Positions 9,716 to 21,976 of a stretch of 38,688 nt of DNA are shown here, in pieces. This DNA is from a virus (Duplodnaviria > Heunggongvirae > Uroviricota > Caudoviricetes). The DNA is taken from IMG/VR virus record IMGVR_UViG_2703718837_000002; one strand, given 5' to 3'. A program made the translations under genes and the position numbers. Under the pieces are notes generated by a model. It made no database searches and was not told where the DNA came from. It saw only the letters and a list, made by a program, of their open reading frames with translations. Positions within the stretch are counted from its first letter, which is position 1; each line of letters opens with the position of its first letter.

Positions 9716-9848
9716 AATGTATATCTTTGAAACGTGGCTAACAAGTGATTTGCATTATCCTGTGCCTTCTAAAGGGATCGAGTCAGTCGGTATTGGCTGT
9801 GAATGGGTGTTTGTCCTGGAGCGTAAAAAATTCGCTTATGAGGTCTTT

Positions 9849-10406
9849 ATGAAGGGAAAAACAGCCGCAGGAGGCGGTGCAATTTGCGCTATCGCGATGA
9901 TGATTACCATCGTGATGGGTAATGGCAATGTGCGAACCAACCAGGCGGGGCTTGAGCTTATCGGAAACGCTGAAGGTTGCCGACGTGATCCATACAAGTG
10001 CCCGGCGGGTGTATGGACTGACGGGATCGGTAATACACACGGGGTAACGCCGGGTGTGCGAAAAACAGACCAGCAAATCGCCGCTGATTGGGAAAAGAAT
10101 ATCCTGATCGCTGAACGCTGTATTAATCAGCACTTCCGGGGCAAAGACATGCCCGATAATGCCTTCAGTGCAATGACAAGCGCGGCATTCAATATGGGAT
10201 GCAATAGCTTACGGACCTACTACAGCAAAGCGCGAGGCATGCGAGTAGAAACGTCCATCCACAAGTGGGCGCAGAAAGGGGAATGGGTGAATATGTGTAA
10301 CCATCTCCCTGATTTCGTGAACAGTAACGGCGTCCCCCTGCCCGGGTTAAAGATTCGCCGTGAAAAAGAACGCCAGCTTTGCCTGACGGGGCTGATCAAT
10401 GAATAA
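9849..10406 (+). CDS. lyz: SAR endolysin Lyz (185 aa)
   Basis: Starts MKGKTAAGGGAICAIAMMITIVMGNG (signal-arrest-release segment) with a GAGG RBS; near-identical to my memory of P1 Lyz; the ORF track's upstream start at 9717 is rejected. Confidence 0.85.
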   Translation: MKGKTAAGGGAICAIAMMITIVMGNGNVRTNQAGLELIGNAEGCRRDPYKCPAGVWTDGIGNTHGVTPGVRKTDQQIAADWEKNILIAERCINQHFRGKDMPDNAFSAMTSAAFNMGCNSLRTYYSKARGMRVETSIHKWAQKGEWVNMCNHLPDFVNSNGVPLPGLKIRREKERQLCLTGLINE

Positions 10407-10650
10407 ACTCCGGCAGCTCCGCCGACTTTCGACAATGAAGTTATCGCTGGCGGCGATAGTTTTCGACTCGATTTTCATGGCGGTATATGTGCTCAATGAG
10501 ACGTGGCCACTGGAACCGCTATTGTATGCCGGGCTTCGGCTGTGCCTGACATTTTTGAGCATGGCTGCGAGATTGATGCAACAGAAAGAAACCGCTTCAG
10601 ATTGTCCACGCCGCGCGGTGCGCAAATATATGGCACGCAGGCGAAGATGA
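10399..10650 (+). CDS. Small two-helix membrane protein (83 aa) coupled to lyz
   Basis: ATG overlaps the lyz stop region; two hydrophobic segments followed by an Arg-rich tail. Confidence 0.4.
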   Translation: MNKLRQLRRLSTMKLSLAAIVFDSIFMAVYVLNETWPLEPLLYAGLRLCLTFLSMAARLMQQKETASDCPRRAVRKYMARRRR

Positions 10651-10660
10651 TTTAACCATT

Positions 10661-10693
10661 ATTGCTCTAATAAATTTGATTTATTAGAGCAAA
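10661..10693 (+). promoter_or_regulatory. C1 operator, perfect 17-mer with an overlapping inverted partial copy
   Basis: ATTGCTCTAATAAATTT at 10661-10677, then TGATTTATTAGAGCAAA at 10677-10693. Confidence 0.75.
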
Positions 10694-10861
10694 TAACCTA
10701 CCATCGAACACGGCTCTATTGATCTCATCGTCGTTCAGGCTTATAGTTCCACCGTCGTAGCAAATTCTGCGACCAGGTTTGACAGCCTGAATACGAATGC
10801 GGACAACCGCAGATTTCCGATATTGCGGTATTTTTGTGTCCGTAAACCACGTTACGCCCGA

Positions 10862-10944
10862 ATTATGGTGGGGCGTGATGGGGAGGCTTCGGCCTGCTGG
10901 TTTCATTCGTGCCAGTCTGTCAACCCTGTCACGTCCTGCCACCT
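10862..10944 (+). ncRNA. c4-like antisense RNA (module A); boundaries approximate
   Basis: UUCG-capped hairpin at 10883-10896, then CATTCGT (10904-10910) and CTGTCAA (10917-10923), exactly complementary to ACGAATG and TTGACAG at the icd-like RBS (10946-10985) and at an upstream site (10778-10799). Confidence 0.5.
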
Positions 10945-10993
10945 GTTTGACAGCGGGTCGCAGGTTGTTAAACCTACGAATGAGGCCGTAACT

Positions 10994-11215
10994 ATGGTTA
11001 ATGCCAATCCTTGCGCACGCCCTGAATTTATCTGGCGCTTTTACTCCTGCCAGAAACGTCACTATCACTTCGTAATTGCACCGACAGAAGATGAGGCCCG
11101 CTCTCTGCTTCCTGACGCTCCCTGCATTTTCTCTGCCCGCTTTTCCACTGATTCGCGCAACTCTCTCAGTTACTGGTGCCTCCCTGTTAACGCTTCTGCT
11201 CAGGAGGGACTATGA
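10994..11215 (+). CDS. Icd-like small protein (73 aa)
   Basis: ATG at 10994 preceded by GAGG; ATGA overlap with the Ant-like gene; FIWRF...EDEAR..L...C.F.AR pattern resembles Icd-like proteins; the ORF track's longer 10823 start is rejected. Confidence 0.6.
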   Translation: MVNANPCARPEFIWRFYSCQKRHYHFVIAPTEDEARSLLPDAPCIFSARFSTDSRNSLSYWCLPVNASAQEGL

Positions 11216-12303
11216 GAACGTCATTAGTCACCCGTGAAGAAATGATTGAGGCAATTGAACAGCACACATCCTGTATCAGTACCAGGGATATACCGGGTGT
11301 TATTGCCAACTACTTCATGATCACCAAACAACTTTACCGGAGAAAGGACAAGAACGCGGTTCACCGCATTCTGTTGTCTGATATCCGCGAATACCTGCTC
11401 GAACAGGGTCGTCTTGATTATGCAACCGTAACCGCCGAAGCACGCAAGGAGGCACACAGGATGAAAGCAACTAATGTTAAATCAGAAAAAATTACCCTGC
11501 CTTCAGTTCAGGAATCCGAGCTGGTGGTTGTTCAGAATCAGTCTGATGAAATTCCCGTTCTGGAATGGCTGGGAGTGCGTGTCGTAACGACCGAAACTCT
11601 TGCTAGAGGGTATGGTACCGATGAAGCCAATATTCGTAAAAATTTGTCTCGCAACTCCGATCGCTTTGAAGAAGGCAAGCATTACTATCTCTTAACCGGT
11701 TCAAAGTTAAAGGAATTTAAAAGGCTAGTGACTATTAGTCACTTGGTTAGCAAATATACAAGTCAGGTAATTCTCTGGACAGAGCGCGGCGCTGCACGCA
11801 TGTCTAAGATCGTGGACACAAATGAAGCATGGGCATTCTTTGAAAAACTGGAAGACAGCTACTTCCGACAAAAAGAACAGCAACCGGTCTCAATTCCCCA
11901 GACGCTTCCAGAAGCTCTGCGCCTGGCTGCCGAGTTGGCAGAACAGAAAATGCAACTGGAACAACAGCTGGTGGCCGCAGCCCCTAAAGTCGATTTTGCC
12001 GACCGGGTATCAGTGGCTAAGGGGATCCTGATTGGAAATTTTGCAAAGGTTGTTGGACTTAAGCAAAACGCGCTGTTTGCCTGGTTACGGGAGAACGGCA
12101 TCCTGATTGCGTCCGGCGGACGTAAAAATGTACCGTTTCAGCAGTACATAAACGCCGGGTATTTCACGGTGAAAGAAGTGGTGCTGGATGATGAAGATGG
12201 CTACCAGATACGGTTGACGCCCCAGCTAACGGGGAAAGGCCAGCAGTGGCTGACGCGTAAACTGCTCGATGCAGGTTTATTAAAGCCTGTAGCGGCTGAG
12301 TGA
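11212..12303 (+). CDS. Ant-like antirepressor paralog A (363 aa), Bro-N/ORF6N-like centre and KilA-C/Ant-like C-terminus
   Basis: Translationally coupled to the icd-like ORF as in P1 immI; about 90 percent identical to paralogs B and C outside a divergent central patch. Confidence 0.7.
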   Translation: MRTSLVTREEMIEAIEQHTSCISTRDIPGVIANYFMITKQLYRRKDKNAVHRILLSDIREYLLEQGRLDYATVTAEARKEAHRMKATNVKSEKITLPSVQESELVVVQNQSDEIPVLEWLGVRVVTTETLARGYGTDEANIRKNLSRNSDRFEEGKHYYLLTGSKLKEFKRLVTISHLVSKYTSQVILWTERGAARMSKIVDTNEAWAFFEKLEDSYFRQKEQQPVSIPQTLPEALRLAAELAEQKMQLEQQLVAAAPKVDFADRVSVAKGILIGNFAKVVGLKQNALFAWLRENGILIASGGRKNVPFQQYINAGYFTVKEVVLDDEDGYQIRLTPQLTGKGQQWLTRKLLDAGLLKPVAAE

Positions 12304-12315
12304 TTAAATTAAAAA

Positions 12316-12333
12316 GGCGGCCTTTCGGCCGCC
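12316..12333. terminator. Hairpin GGCGGCC-TTTC-GGCCGCC (also present after Ant B at 25815-25832)
   Basis: Perfect 7-bp stem; A-run upstream gives a T-run on the minus strand, so it may terminate the convergent pro transcript. Confidence 0.45.
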
Positions 12334-12347
12334 AGTGATTTCAGATA

Positions 12348-12373
12348 CCCCGGCAGCCGCCGGGGTTATTTTT
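12348..12373 (+). terminator. Intrinsic terminator after Ant A
   Basis: Stem CCCCGGC/GCCGGGG followed by TTATTTTT. Confidence 0.6.
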
Positions 12374-12378
12374 GGTGG

Positions 12379-15109
<2,731 letters not shown>

Positions 15110-15175
15110 TTAATTAGAATAATTCACATCGTGTTTGAACGGAATTTAACACTAGTCACTTGTTAAGGATTACCA

Positions 15176-18100
15176 ATGAACAAGCTATCTATGGGGGTGT
15201 TTCGCTGTTCAAGTGTCAGCGAAATATTGAAATATATTAGGGCAATAACATTTCGCCGAGCGCCGATTAAATACGGCGTGGAAAAGGTGGAAGGCAAAAG
15301 CTATGACCGACTGCGCCGGGAGGCGAATCAGAAGGCGATAGATTTGCTTAATTCGCTGGTGGACGGCGCGACACTGACAGATGAACAGCGCCAGATCCTG
15401 GCTGGGTACACCGGTGAAGGCGGCATTGGCGGGTCCGTCTCCGAATATTACACACCAAAGCCGATCGCTGAAGGTGTCTGGGAGATCATGAAGCTCTACG
15501 GCGCGGACGTAGGTAACACTCTGGAACCATCGGCGGGAACCGGCGTTTTTAATGAGACAAAACCGGTTGGTACGGTGATGACCGCGACTGAGATCAGCAG
15601 TGTTTCCGGTCGTATAAACCAGTTGTTACACCCGGAAGACAGCGTACAGATTTCCCCGTTCGAACAGCTGGCTATAAGCACCCCTAACGATTCATTCGAC
15701 CATGTTGTGGGTAACGTTCCGTTCGGCGGTCGTGATAACACACGCAACATCGATAAGCCTTACGCAGAAGAAACGGACATGGGTTCTTACTTCATGCTCC
15801 GCATGCTGGACAAGATAAAGCCTGGCGGATTCATGTGTGTGATTGTGCCGCCGTCAATTGTTTCAGGTTCAAACATGAAGCGGTTACGCCTGCGCCTATC
15901 CCGTAAAGCTGAATTTCTTGGCGCTCACCGCTTGCCTACCGGTACTTTTGACGCAAACGGGACCAGTACAGTCGTTGATGTGGTGCTGATGCGCAAACAT
16001 CCGGCAGAGATGGCTGAGAAAATCCCCCTGGTGGATGAAAGCACTCTTGAATCGGCAAATGTGCTTTGGCCAACGTTTATTTCTGGCAAGTGGTTTGAAA
16101 AGGACGGCCGCCGGTTTGTTCATGGTACCCAGGAAAAGGGCTTCCAGGGGCGTATTGAGGTTCGTGCCGACGGGCAGATTGATAACCAGGCTCTTAAAGC
16201 GAAGCTGATTCATCGTTTCGAAAGTCGTATCGACTGGTCTTTGCTCGATATGGCTGAACCGTCACCGACCGCAGATGTTGTTGATGAAGGGGAAATGCGC
16301 CTGATTAATGGCGTATGGCAAAAATATGCTGGTGGTCGCTGGATTGAAGCTGATGCTGGTAAGGAGCTTAAGATTGATGCTGCCAGTTATGGCGCGGATA
16401 GCTGGGAGGCTCTTCAGCGTAACCTGACTACAACAGAAGGCCGTCTCGGTATGACATTTACCCAGATGGCAAATGTCCGCGATAAGTACACCACATCAAT
16501 CAGCGACGATATGGTGCAGCTGGTGGACTGGATTAACAGCCAGCCTGAAAAATACCGTGAACGCTTGTATCGCGGGGCGATGATTGGCCGGATGTTAATT
16601 GAATATCAGGATATGAAGGCCGCTGGGCATAGTGCTGAACAAATCGAACAGCAGCGCCTTTCTCTGGTGTCCCGTTTGCAGGCAGAGATTGACCGTTTTG
16701 GTAACCCCGGTCGCGGTCCGATAGCTAAATTATCGGGAAGCGGTGCGCGCGCCTGGTTTGCTTTCCGTGGTGCAATTAAGCTGGATGGCACTATTTCTGA
16801 CGAGCTGACAGGAAAGCTGGTTACGCATGATTCCAGCGCCAGTTATGACTCCACCAGCTATCAGGACACCCTGCGTTATCTCTATAGCGATCTTACCCGC
16901 GATCCAATCCAGCTCGATGATTTCCGCCTTGCGTTTACCGGCGAACTGCCAGCCAGTGATGAAGAGTTGCTTAATTTATTGGCCAGCACCCCTGGTATTG
17001 CGGTTTCACCGTATGGCGGGATTGTTCCGTTCGCCCGCGCCACCAGCGGCGACATTAACGAGATAGTGGCTCCAAAACAGGAATTCCTTGCCACACTCCC
17101 CGACGGTCCAGTAAAGAACAACGTCCTTAATCAGCTGGCAGCGATCGAAGAGAAGCGCATCAAGACGCCAGCAGAGAATATCCGCTTTAAGCTCAATAGC
17201 CGTTGGTTCGACCGCTCCGTCATTCTGGAGTTTTTGCAGGAAAACGGCTATCCGGATCTGCGCTATGTGCAGTCAGTGCAGCTGGAAGGCGACGAAATGG
17301 TTTCTGACACCTATCACGGTGGTGATGGTCTGTTCGTCGGACACCGATACGGTGTCGTCCAGCGCAAGGATAAAGAAACAGGAGAGATCCGCTACGAGTG
17401 GGACCGTAAATCAGGTGAAAACGCGACCGGGTTCCCGGCACAGCTGGAAAAGTATCTCAATGGTGCGCGTATCGGTGGCAAAGATAGCGCGACGGCGAAC
17501 GGCTACCGCGAGCAGATGGCACTGCTTGAGGACCAGTTCAATAAGTGGATCAAGACGCACGATCGCTACGATGAGCTGGTTGCCAAATACAACGATGTGT
17601 TCAATAGCAATATCCCGTATGAACACTCTGGCGATCCGCTTGGGTTGAAGGGATTAAGCGGTAAGCGCCAGCCATTTGATTACCAGAATAGCGAGGTGCG
17701 CCGACTGTCCGAAGATGGGCGCGGCATCCTGGGCTTCGGTACCGGGCTGGGTAAAACCACGACCGCGCTGGCGCTTGAGGCGTTCAACTATGAGAACGGT
17801 CGCTCCACCCGTACTGCTTATGTAGTGCCTAAATCAGTGCTGGAAAACTGGTATTACGAAGCAAAAGAGTTCCTGAGTGAAGAAGCCTTCAGTAACTACT
17901 TGTTCGTTGGACTGGATGTACTAATGGACGGCGATCAGATTCGCCAGGTTCCGGTGCTCGATGAGAACGGTAAACCTGTCCTTGGTGCTGATGGCACTCC
18001 ACTTATGCGCGATGCCCTTAAACTGGCAGATGAAGCCACTATCACGGCGCGTATGAACGCGATCCCGCACTCAAATTACCGTGCAGTCGTGTTTACCAAA

Positions 18101-21100
18101 GAACAATACGCCCGCATTCCGCTACGTGATGACACCGTAGATGAGCATGCACAGGATATGCTTTATGACTTCGTTGCTGCCGGGCGCGTAGCCAGCGCAA
18201 TGGACTCCGACTCCCACCGCAAAGAGGCCGCGCGTCGCCGGGTATTGTCGGAGTATTCAGATACCGGTACCGAAAAAGCAGAGAAGTATCCGTACTTTGA
18301 GGATATGGGCTTCGACAGCGTGATTGCTGACGAAGGCCACAACTACCGCAATAGCTATAAAAATGGTCGCGAAGCGTCACAGCTGGCCTATCTGCCCACC
18401 AGCGCGGTGGCGCAATCGGCGCGAGATATGGCAATCAAAAACGCGTACCTGATGAAAAAGAATGGTGGGCGTGGACCGGTTCTCCTGACTGCAACGCCAG
18501 TCGTTAACACCCCGATCGATGCATACAACATGCTTTCTCATGTTCTGCCGAAGGAATACTGGCAGAAGATGGGGATCTACGGTCCTGATGACTTCGTTAA
18601 ATTCTTCGGCAAGACCAGGCTGGAAACGGTACAGAAAATTAGCGGTGAAGTTGAAGAAAAAATGGCGCTGGTGGGCTTTGAAAACCTTGATGCGCTGCGC
18701 GGTATATTCCATCGCTGGGTAACGCTTAAAACGGCGGAAGACGTTAAGGATACCGTGGAGATCCCGGAGCTGGACGAACACCAGCAGGATGCACCACTTA
18801 CTGAAGAACAACTGGCGGCGTATGAAGAATTGCGTCAGCAGGCGGAAGCGGCGGCCAAAGCCAACAATGGCGTAACGACCTCGGTCAATGAAGACGGCGT
18901 GATTGAGCACGAGAAAGCCCGTCCGATCTTCTCAATAATCAGGGATATGGACCGCGTATGTACTGACATGGACCTGTACTATCGCCGGATCACCTATCGT
19001 TTCCTGCCGGAGTATGCCGATGCGGTGCAGCAGCTGGCGGACAGTTTGCCTAAACAAGCCACCAGCGAAGACGACGACAGTGATGATTCAATCACGCAGC
19101 AATCGCAATACTCCCTGATAGATAAGGGCGAGTTTATTCAGTTGCAGGTTCCGGAAGCGTTCGAGCAGGAAGTGAATAAGCGCCTGGCCAGGTTTGGCAT
19201 TGACGAACAGACCGTAACTCACCCCGTTACGCCCAAATACGCGAAGCTGATTGCCACGCTGAAGGAGTTTTTCCCGGAAGGTAAGCAAATCATCTTCACG
19301 GACGAAAAAACGCAGCACCAGAAGCTCAAGCGCATTATCTGCAATGCTCTTAACCTTGAACCTTCAAAGGTGGGGATCCTGAATGCTCAGACGGTTGCCG
19401 AGGCAGGTAAAACCGGTAAGAAACTGAAAGCGGTTAAACCGCCGAAAGAGTTACCGGATGAACCAACAGATGCACAGATAGCGAAATACAACGAGCAAAT
19501 GGCTCTGTATGACGCCTATATCGCGCAGCAAAATGAAATGTCGTTGGGCGGTCTGGAAAAGATTGCAGCCGACTTCCAGGAGGGCCGGACTCCGATCATC
19601 ATCTGCAACAAAAAGGCAGAGGTGGGTATCAACCTGCATCGAGGAACGACTGACATCCATCATCTGACGTTGCCGTGGACTCCAGCCAGTATCGCACAAC
19701 GTAACGGTCGCGGTGCCCGAGTTGGCTCCAACCGTGCAAGCGTTCGCGTTCACTACTACTGCGGCAAGGGTTCTTTCGATGAATACCGACTGAAGACGCT
19801 GAAGCGTAAAGCAGGCTGGATCTCCGATATCCTCCGTTCAGATAAGTCAGAAATGGAGAACGCCGACGCCAACGATATGATCGAAATGCAGATGTATACC
19901 GCTAAGGATGATGGCGAACGTCTGGCAATGATGCAGGTTCAAATGGATAAGGCGAAAGCCGCGCAACGCGCTCGCCAGAAAGAACAGGCTACTATCGACC
20001 TTCAGAACTACATCAAGGCGCAGCACGCAGCTGGCGAGGATGTGGAGGTACTTACCGCTGAATTAGAGCGAAGCAAAGCGGAACTTGAAAAGACCACCGC
20101 CGACGTCGACAAATTCAAACAAGCAGCAATGGCCAAAGCAGCTGATAACGCAGACTGGAAGGCACGTTGGGGGAGTGTCCATAACGCTGACCGTATGTTG
20201 TTAGCTCGATATCGCGCTTCGTTAAAAAATGCTATTCAACAGAAGGCTAATATCTCTCAAGCCATCTCCCGCTATGAGAAATTATTGAACCGTACCCAGA
20301 AGGCCGCGACGGATATCAAACGCCTGCGCCCGCTGGTGGAGGATGCAATAAATAAAGGCATTCTGGATGTTGATCCTGACCTGGTTAACCATGCGAGTGA
20401 GTTCCTTGTTATCGGCGATCGCTCATGGCGTGTAGGCCAATACTATGATTGTGCCGGTGATATCGTCCGCATTAAGTCTCTGGACTTCGACAGCCAGCGC
20501 GCAGACGTGGAGATCATCTTTACCTTCAAAGGCACAAAATCTGGTAACTGGGATGTGAAGACGCTGGATAAACAGGTGGATGTAACTCCCGATGAAGATG
20601 CTGTTATGCAGAAAATCAGTGGTGGCGTCTCCATCGCCGGGATTAACGACATCATTTCCTGTGACGATTTCTACCGTTTCCAGCAGCGCGGCATGATCAA
20701 AATCACTGACTCGTACGGCGTTCAGACTACAGAGTCAGGCTATAGCATTGATTTTGTTGGTACCTATACGGACCCACTGAAGCATGCGGTTTACCCGGAT
20801 CGCCGTGACGGCGCGCTGAAGTCGTCAATTGCAAAATGGGTGCTTGGTATGATGTCTGAAGGGAATAACCGCCAGGTCCGTTTGGCAGAAGTATTCCTGA
20901 CTGAACTGTTTGGCTCCAATTATGGCGATGTAATCGCGTCATATGGAGATACGCTATCCCCTGAAGCAATTCAGGAGAAAATAGCGGATGCGATCGCCAG
21001 AATGCCGGAGAAAACAAGCCAGGGGGCTACTCGTAACGGGGATTCTGAACTTGAGGTCACCAATGCCATTTTCGGTACCCATGAGTTCCGGGCGTCAGAT

Positions 21101-21943
21101 TATGAGATCACCACAGCACAGTTTGGCACCATTGGCATTTACAGCAATAAAGACGAGATCAAGCAGGCAATGGACGCAGCAAGCGCGCGCATCGCAGCAG
21201 AACGGGAAGCCAATCTGAATCATGCAGTCGCCGCGCTGACTCAATCGTGGGTAACAGCAATCAGGGAGGCCGCCACCACAGGGAAAATCACACCGGCAAT
21301 TGCGGATGTCGTAAACGACGGCTCTAAATTTATGGATGCCTATCAAATGGATGCGGTGCAGTTGCCATCAGCCTATGGCCAACTCAGCTATCGCATGACC
21401 TACAATCTGGTATCAATGTTTTCCGACCTTGCCATCCTTGGGCTGGTGGACCTTAACGAGGTTACGCCGGAATTGCTCAGCATTCGCAATAATCATGTGG
21501 AGATATTGCACAGAATTAACACGGTACTTGCCGGGCGCACCGATGAAGAAAAACAGGCAGACGCTGATCGGATAAACCTGGCCCTAGGCAACATCACGGA
21601 GGAAGAAATTGCCGCCAGAAACGAGAAACAAGAAGAGTTATCATCAATACAGGGTGATGCCACCAGCATAGCTCAGTCTCTTGGTCTGAATTATCGCGTA
21701 TCCACCGCCGACCTGAAGATGATGTACGCACCAAAATTCGCCGCTGGCGAGGTATTTGGGCTTCAGGAGGCGTCCGGCATGAAAGGCATTCTTTTCCGTG
21801 CGAAAGACGCAATCAAGGAAAAATTCGGCGCTCGCTGGCTGCCAGCGAAGGCGAAGAACAGCGATTTCCCAGGCAACTGGTGGATTATCGAGACAAAACA
21901 CAACGTGGCGGACGTTCTGGCCGTCATCCAACAATACGCATAA
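15176..21943 (+). CDS. darB: DarB, giant anti-restriction protein (2255 aa): N6-adenine methyltransferase-like N-terminus plus SF2 helicase core
   Basis: NVPF (NPPF-type motif IV) at 15713-15724; Walker A GTGLGKTT near 17748-17771; DEGH motif II at 18329-18340; length matches P1 DarB. Confidence 0.85.
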   Translation: MNKLSMGVFRCSSVSEILKYIRAITFRRAPIKYGVEKVEGKSYDRLRREANQKAIDLLNSLVDGATLTDEQRQILAGYTGEGGIGGSVSEYYTPKPIAEGVWEIMKLYGADVGNTLEPSAGTGVFNETKPVGTVMTATEISSVSGRINQLLHPEDSVQISPFEQLAISTPNDSFDHVVGNVPFGGRDNTRNIDKPYAEETDMGSYFMLRMLDKIKPGGFMCVIVPPSIVSGSNMKRLRLRLSRKAEFLGAHRLPTGTFDANGTSTVVDVVLMRKHPAEMAEKIPLVDESTLESANVLWPTFISGKWFEKDGRRFVHGTQEKGFQGRIEVRADGQIDNQALKAKLIHRFESRIDWSLLDMAEPSPTADVVDEGEMRLINGVWQKYAGGRWIEADAGKELKIDAASYGADSWEALQRNLTTTEGRLGMTFTQMANVRDKYTTSISDDMVQLVDWINSQPEKYRERLYRGAMIGRMLIEYQDMKAAGHSAEQIEQQRLSLVSRLQAEIDRFGNPGRGPIAKLSGSGARAWFAFRGAIKLDGTISDELTGKLVTHDSSASYDSTSYQDTLRYLYSDLTRDPIQLDDFRLAFTGELPASDEELLNLLASTPGIAVSPYGGIVPFARATSGDINEIVAPKQEFLATLPDGPVKNNVLNQLAAIEEKRIKTPAENIRFKLNSRWFDRSVILEFLQENGYPDLRYVQSVQLEGDEMVSDTYHGGDGLFVGHRYGVVQRKDKETGEIRYEWDRKSGENATGFPAQLEKYLNGARIGGKDSATANGYREQMALLEDQFNKWIKTHDRYDELVAKYNDVFNSNIPYEHSGDPLGLKGLSGKRQPFDYQNSEVRRLSEDGRGILGFGTGLGKTTTALALEAFNYENGRSTRTAYVVPKSVLENWYYEAKEFLSEEAFSNYLFVGLDVLMDGDQIRQVPVLDENGKPVLGADGTPLMRDALKLADEATITARMNAIPHSNYRAVVFTKEQYARIPLRDDTVDEHAQDMLYDFVAAGRVASAMDSDSHRKEAARRRVLSEYSDTGTEKAEKYPYFEDMGFDSVIADEGHNYRNSYKNGREASQLAYLPTSAVAQSARDMAIKNAYLMKKNGGRGPVLLTATPVVNTPIDAYNMLSHVLPKEYWQKMGIYGPDDFVKFFGKTRLETVQKISGEVEEKMALVGFENLDALRGIFHRWVTLKTAEDVKDTVEIPELDEHQQDAPLTEEQLAAYEELRQQAEAAAKANNGVTTSVNEDGVIEHEKARPIFSIIRDMDRVCTDMDLYYRRITYRFLPEYADAVQQLADSLPKQATSEDDDSDDSITQQSQYSLIDKGEFIQLQVPEAFEQEVNKRLARFGIDEQTVTHPVTPKYAKLIATLKEFFPEGKQIIFTDEKTQHQKLKRIICNALNLEPSKVGILNAQTVAEAGKTGKKLKAVKPPKELPDEPTDAQIAKYNEQMALYDAYIAQQNEMSLGGLEKIAADFQEGRTPIIICNKKAEVGINLHRGTTDIHHLTLPWTPASIAQRNGRGARVGSNRASVRVHYYCGKGSFDEYRLKTLKRKAGWISDILRSDKSEMENADANDMIEMQMYTAKDDGERLAMMQVQMDKAKAAQRARQKEQATIDLQNYIKAQHAAGEDVEVLTAELERSKAELEKTTADVDKFKQAAMAKAADNADWKARWGSVHNADRMLLARYRASLKNAIQQKANISQAISRYEKLLNRTQKAATDIKRLRPLVEDAINKGILDVDPDLVNHASEFLVIGDRSWRVGQYYDCAGDIVRIKSLDFDSQRADVEIIFTFKGTKSGNWDVKTLDKQVDVTPDEDAVMQKISGGVSIAGINDIISCDDFYRFQQRGMIKITDSYGVQTTESGYSIDFVGTYTDPLKHAVYPDRRDGALKSSIAKWVLGMMSEGNNRQVRLAEVFLTELFGSNYGDVIASYGDTLSPEAIQEKIADAIARMPEKTSQGATRNGDSELEVTNAIFGTHEFRASDYEITTAQFGTIGIYSNKDEIKQAMDAASARIAAEREANLNHAVAALTQSWVTAIREAATTGKITPAIADVVNDGSKFMDAYQMDAVQLPSAYGQLSYRMTYNLVSMFSDLAILGLVDLNEVTPELLSIRNNHVEILHRINTVLAGRTDEEKQADADRINLALGNITEEEIAARNEKQEELSSIQGDATSIAQSLGLNYRVSTADLKMMYAPKFAAGEVFGLQEASGMKGILFRAKDAIKEKFGARWLPAKAKNSDFPGNWWIIETKHNVADVLAVIQQYA

Positions 21944-21976
21944 CAGGAGCGCCCGGTTCGCCGGGCGTCGCATAAT

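Larger units (their letters stand above)
10651..12335 (+). repeat. Module A: operator / c4-like RNA / icd-like / ant-like unit (paralog of modules B and C)
   Basis: About 1.7 kb, highly similar to 24139-25840 (direct) and, from the icd-like ORF onwards, to 29472-30775 (inverted). Confidence 0.85.

Noticed and set aside
9717-10406. Longer 229-aa form of the endolysin ORF
   Set aside because: The known Lyz N-terminus (MKGKTAAGGG...) begins at 9849 with its own RBS; the upstream extension has no support.
10862-10944. tRNA gene in the c4-like regions
   Set aside because: Hairpins and a CCACC-like 3' segment are present but no full cloverleaf with anticodon arm could be drawn; more consistent with a c4-type RNA.
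10823-11215. 130-aa extended form of the icd-like ORF in module A
   Set aside because: The extension would run through the antisense RNA region; modules B and C support the 73-aa form starting at the RBS-proximal ATG.
18377-18910. 177-aa minus-strand ORF and other antisense ORFs inside darB
   Set aside because: Embedded in a 6.8-kb gene with clear helicase motifs on the plus strand; no independent signals.
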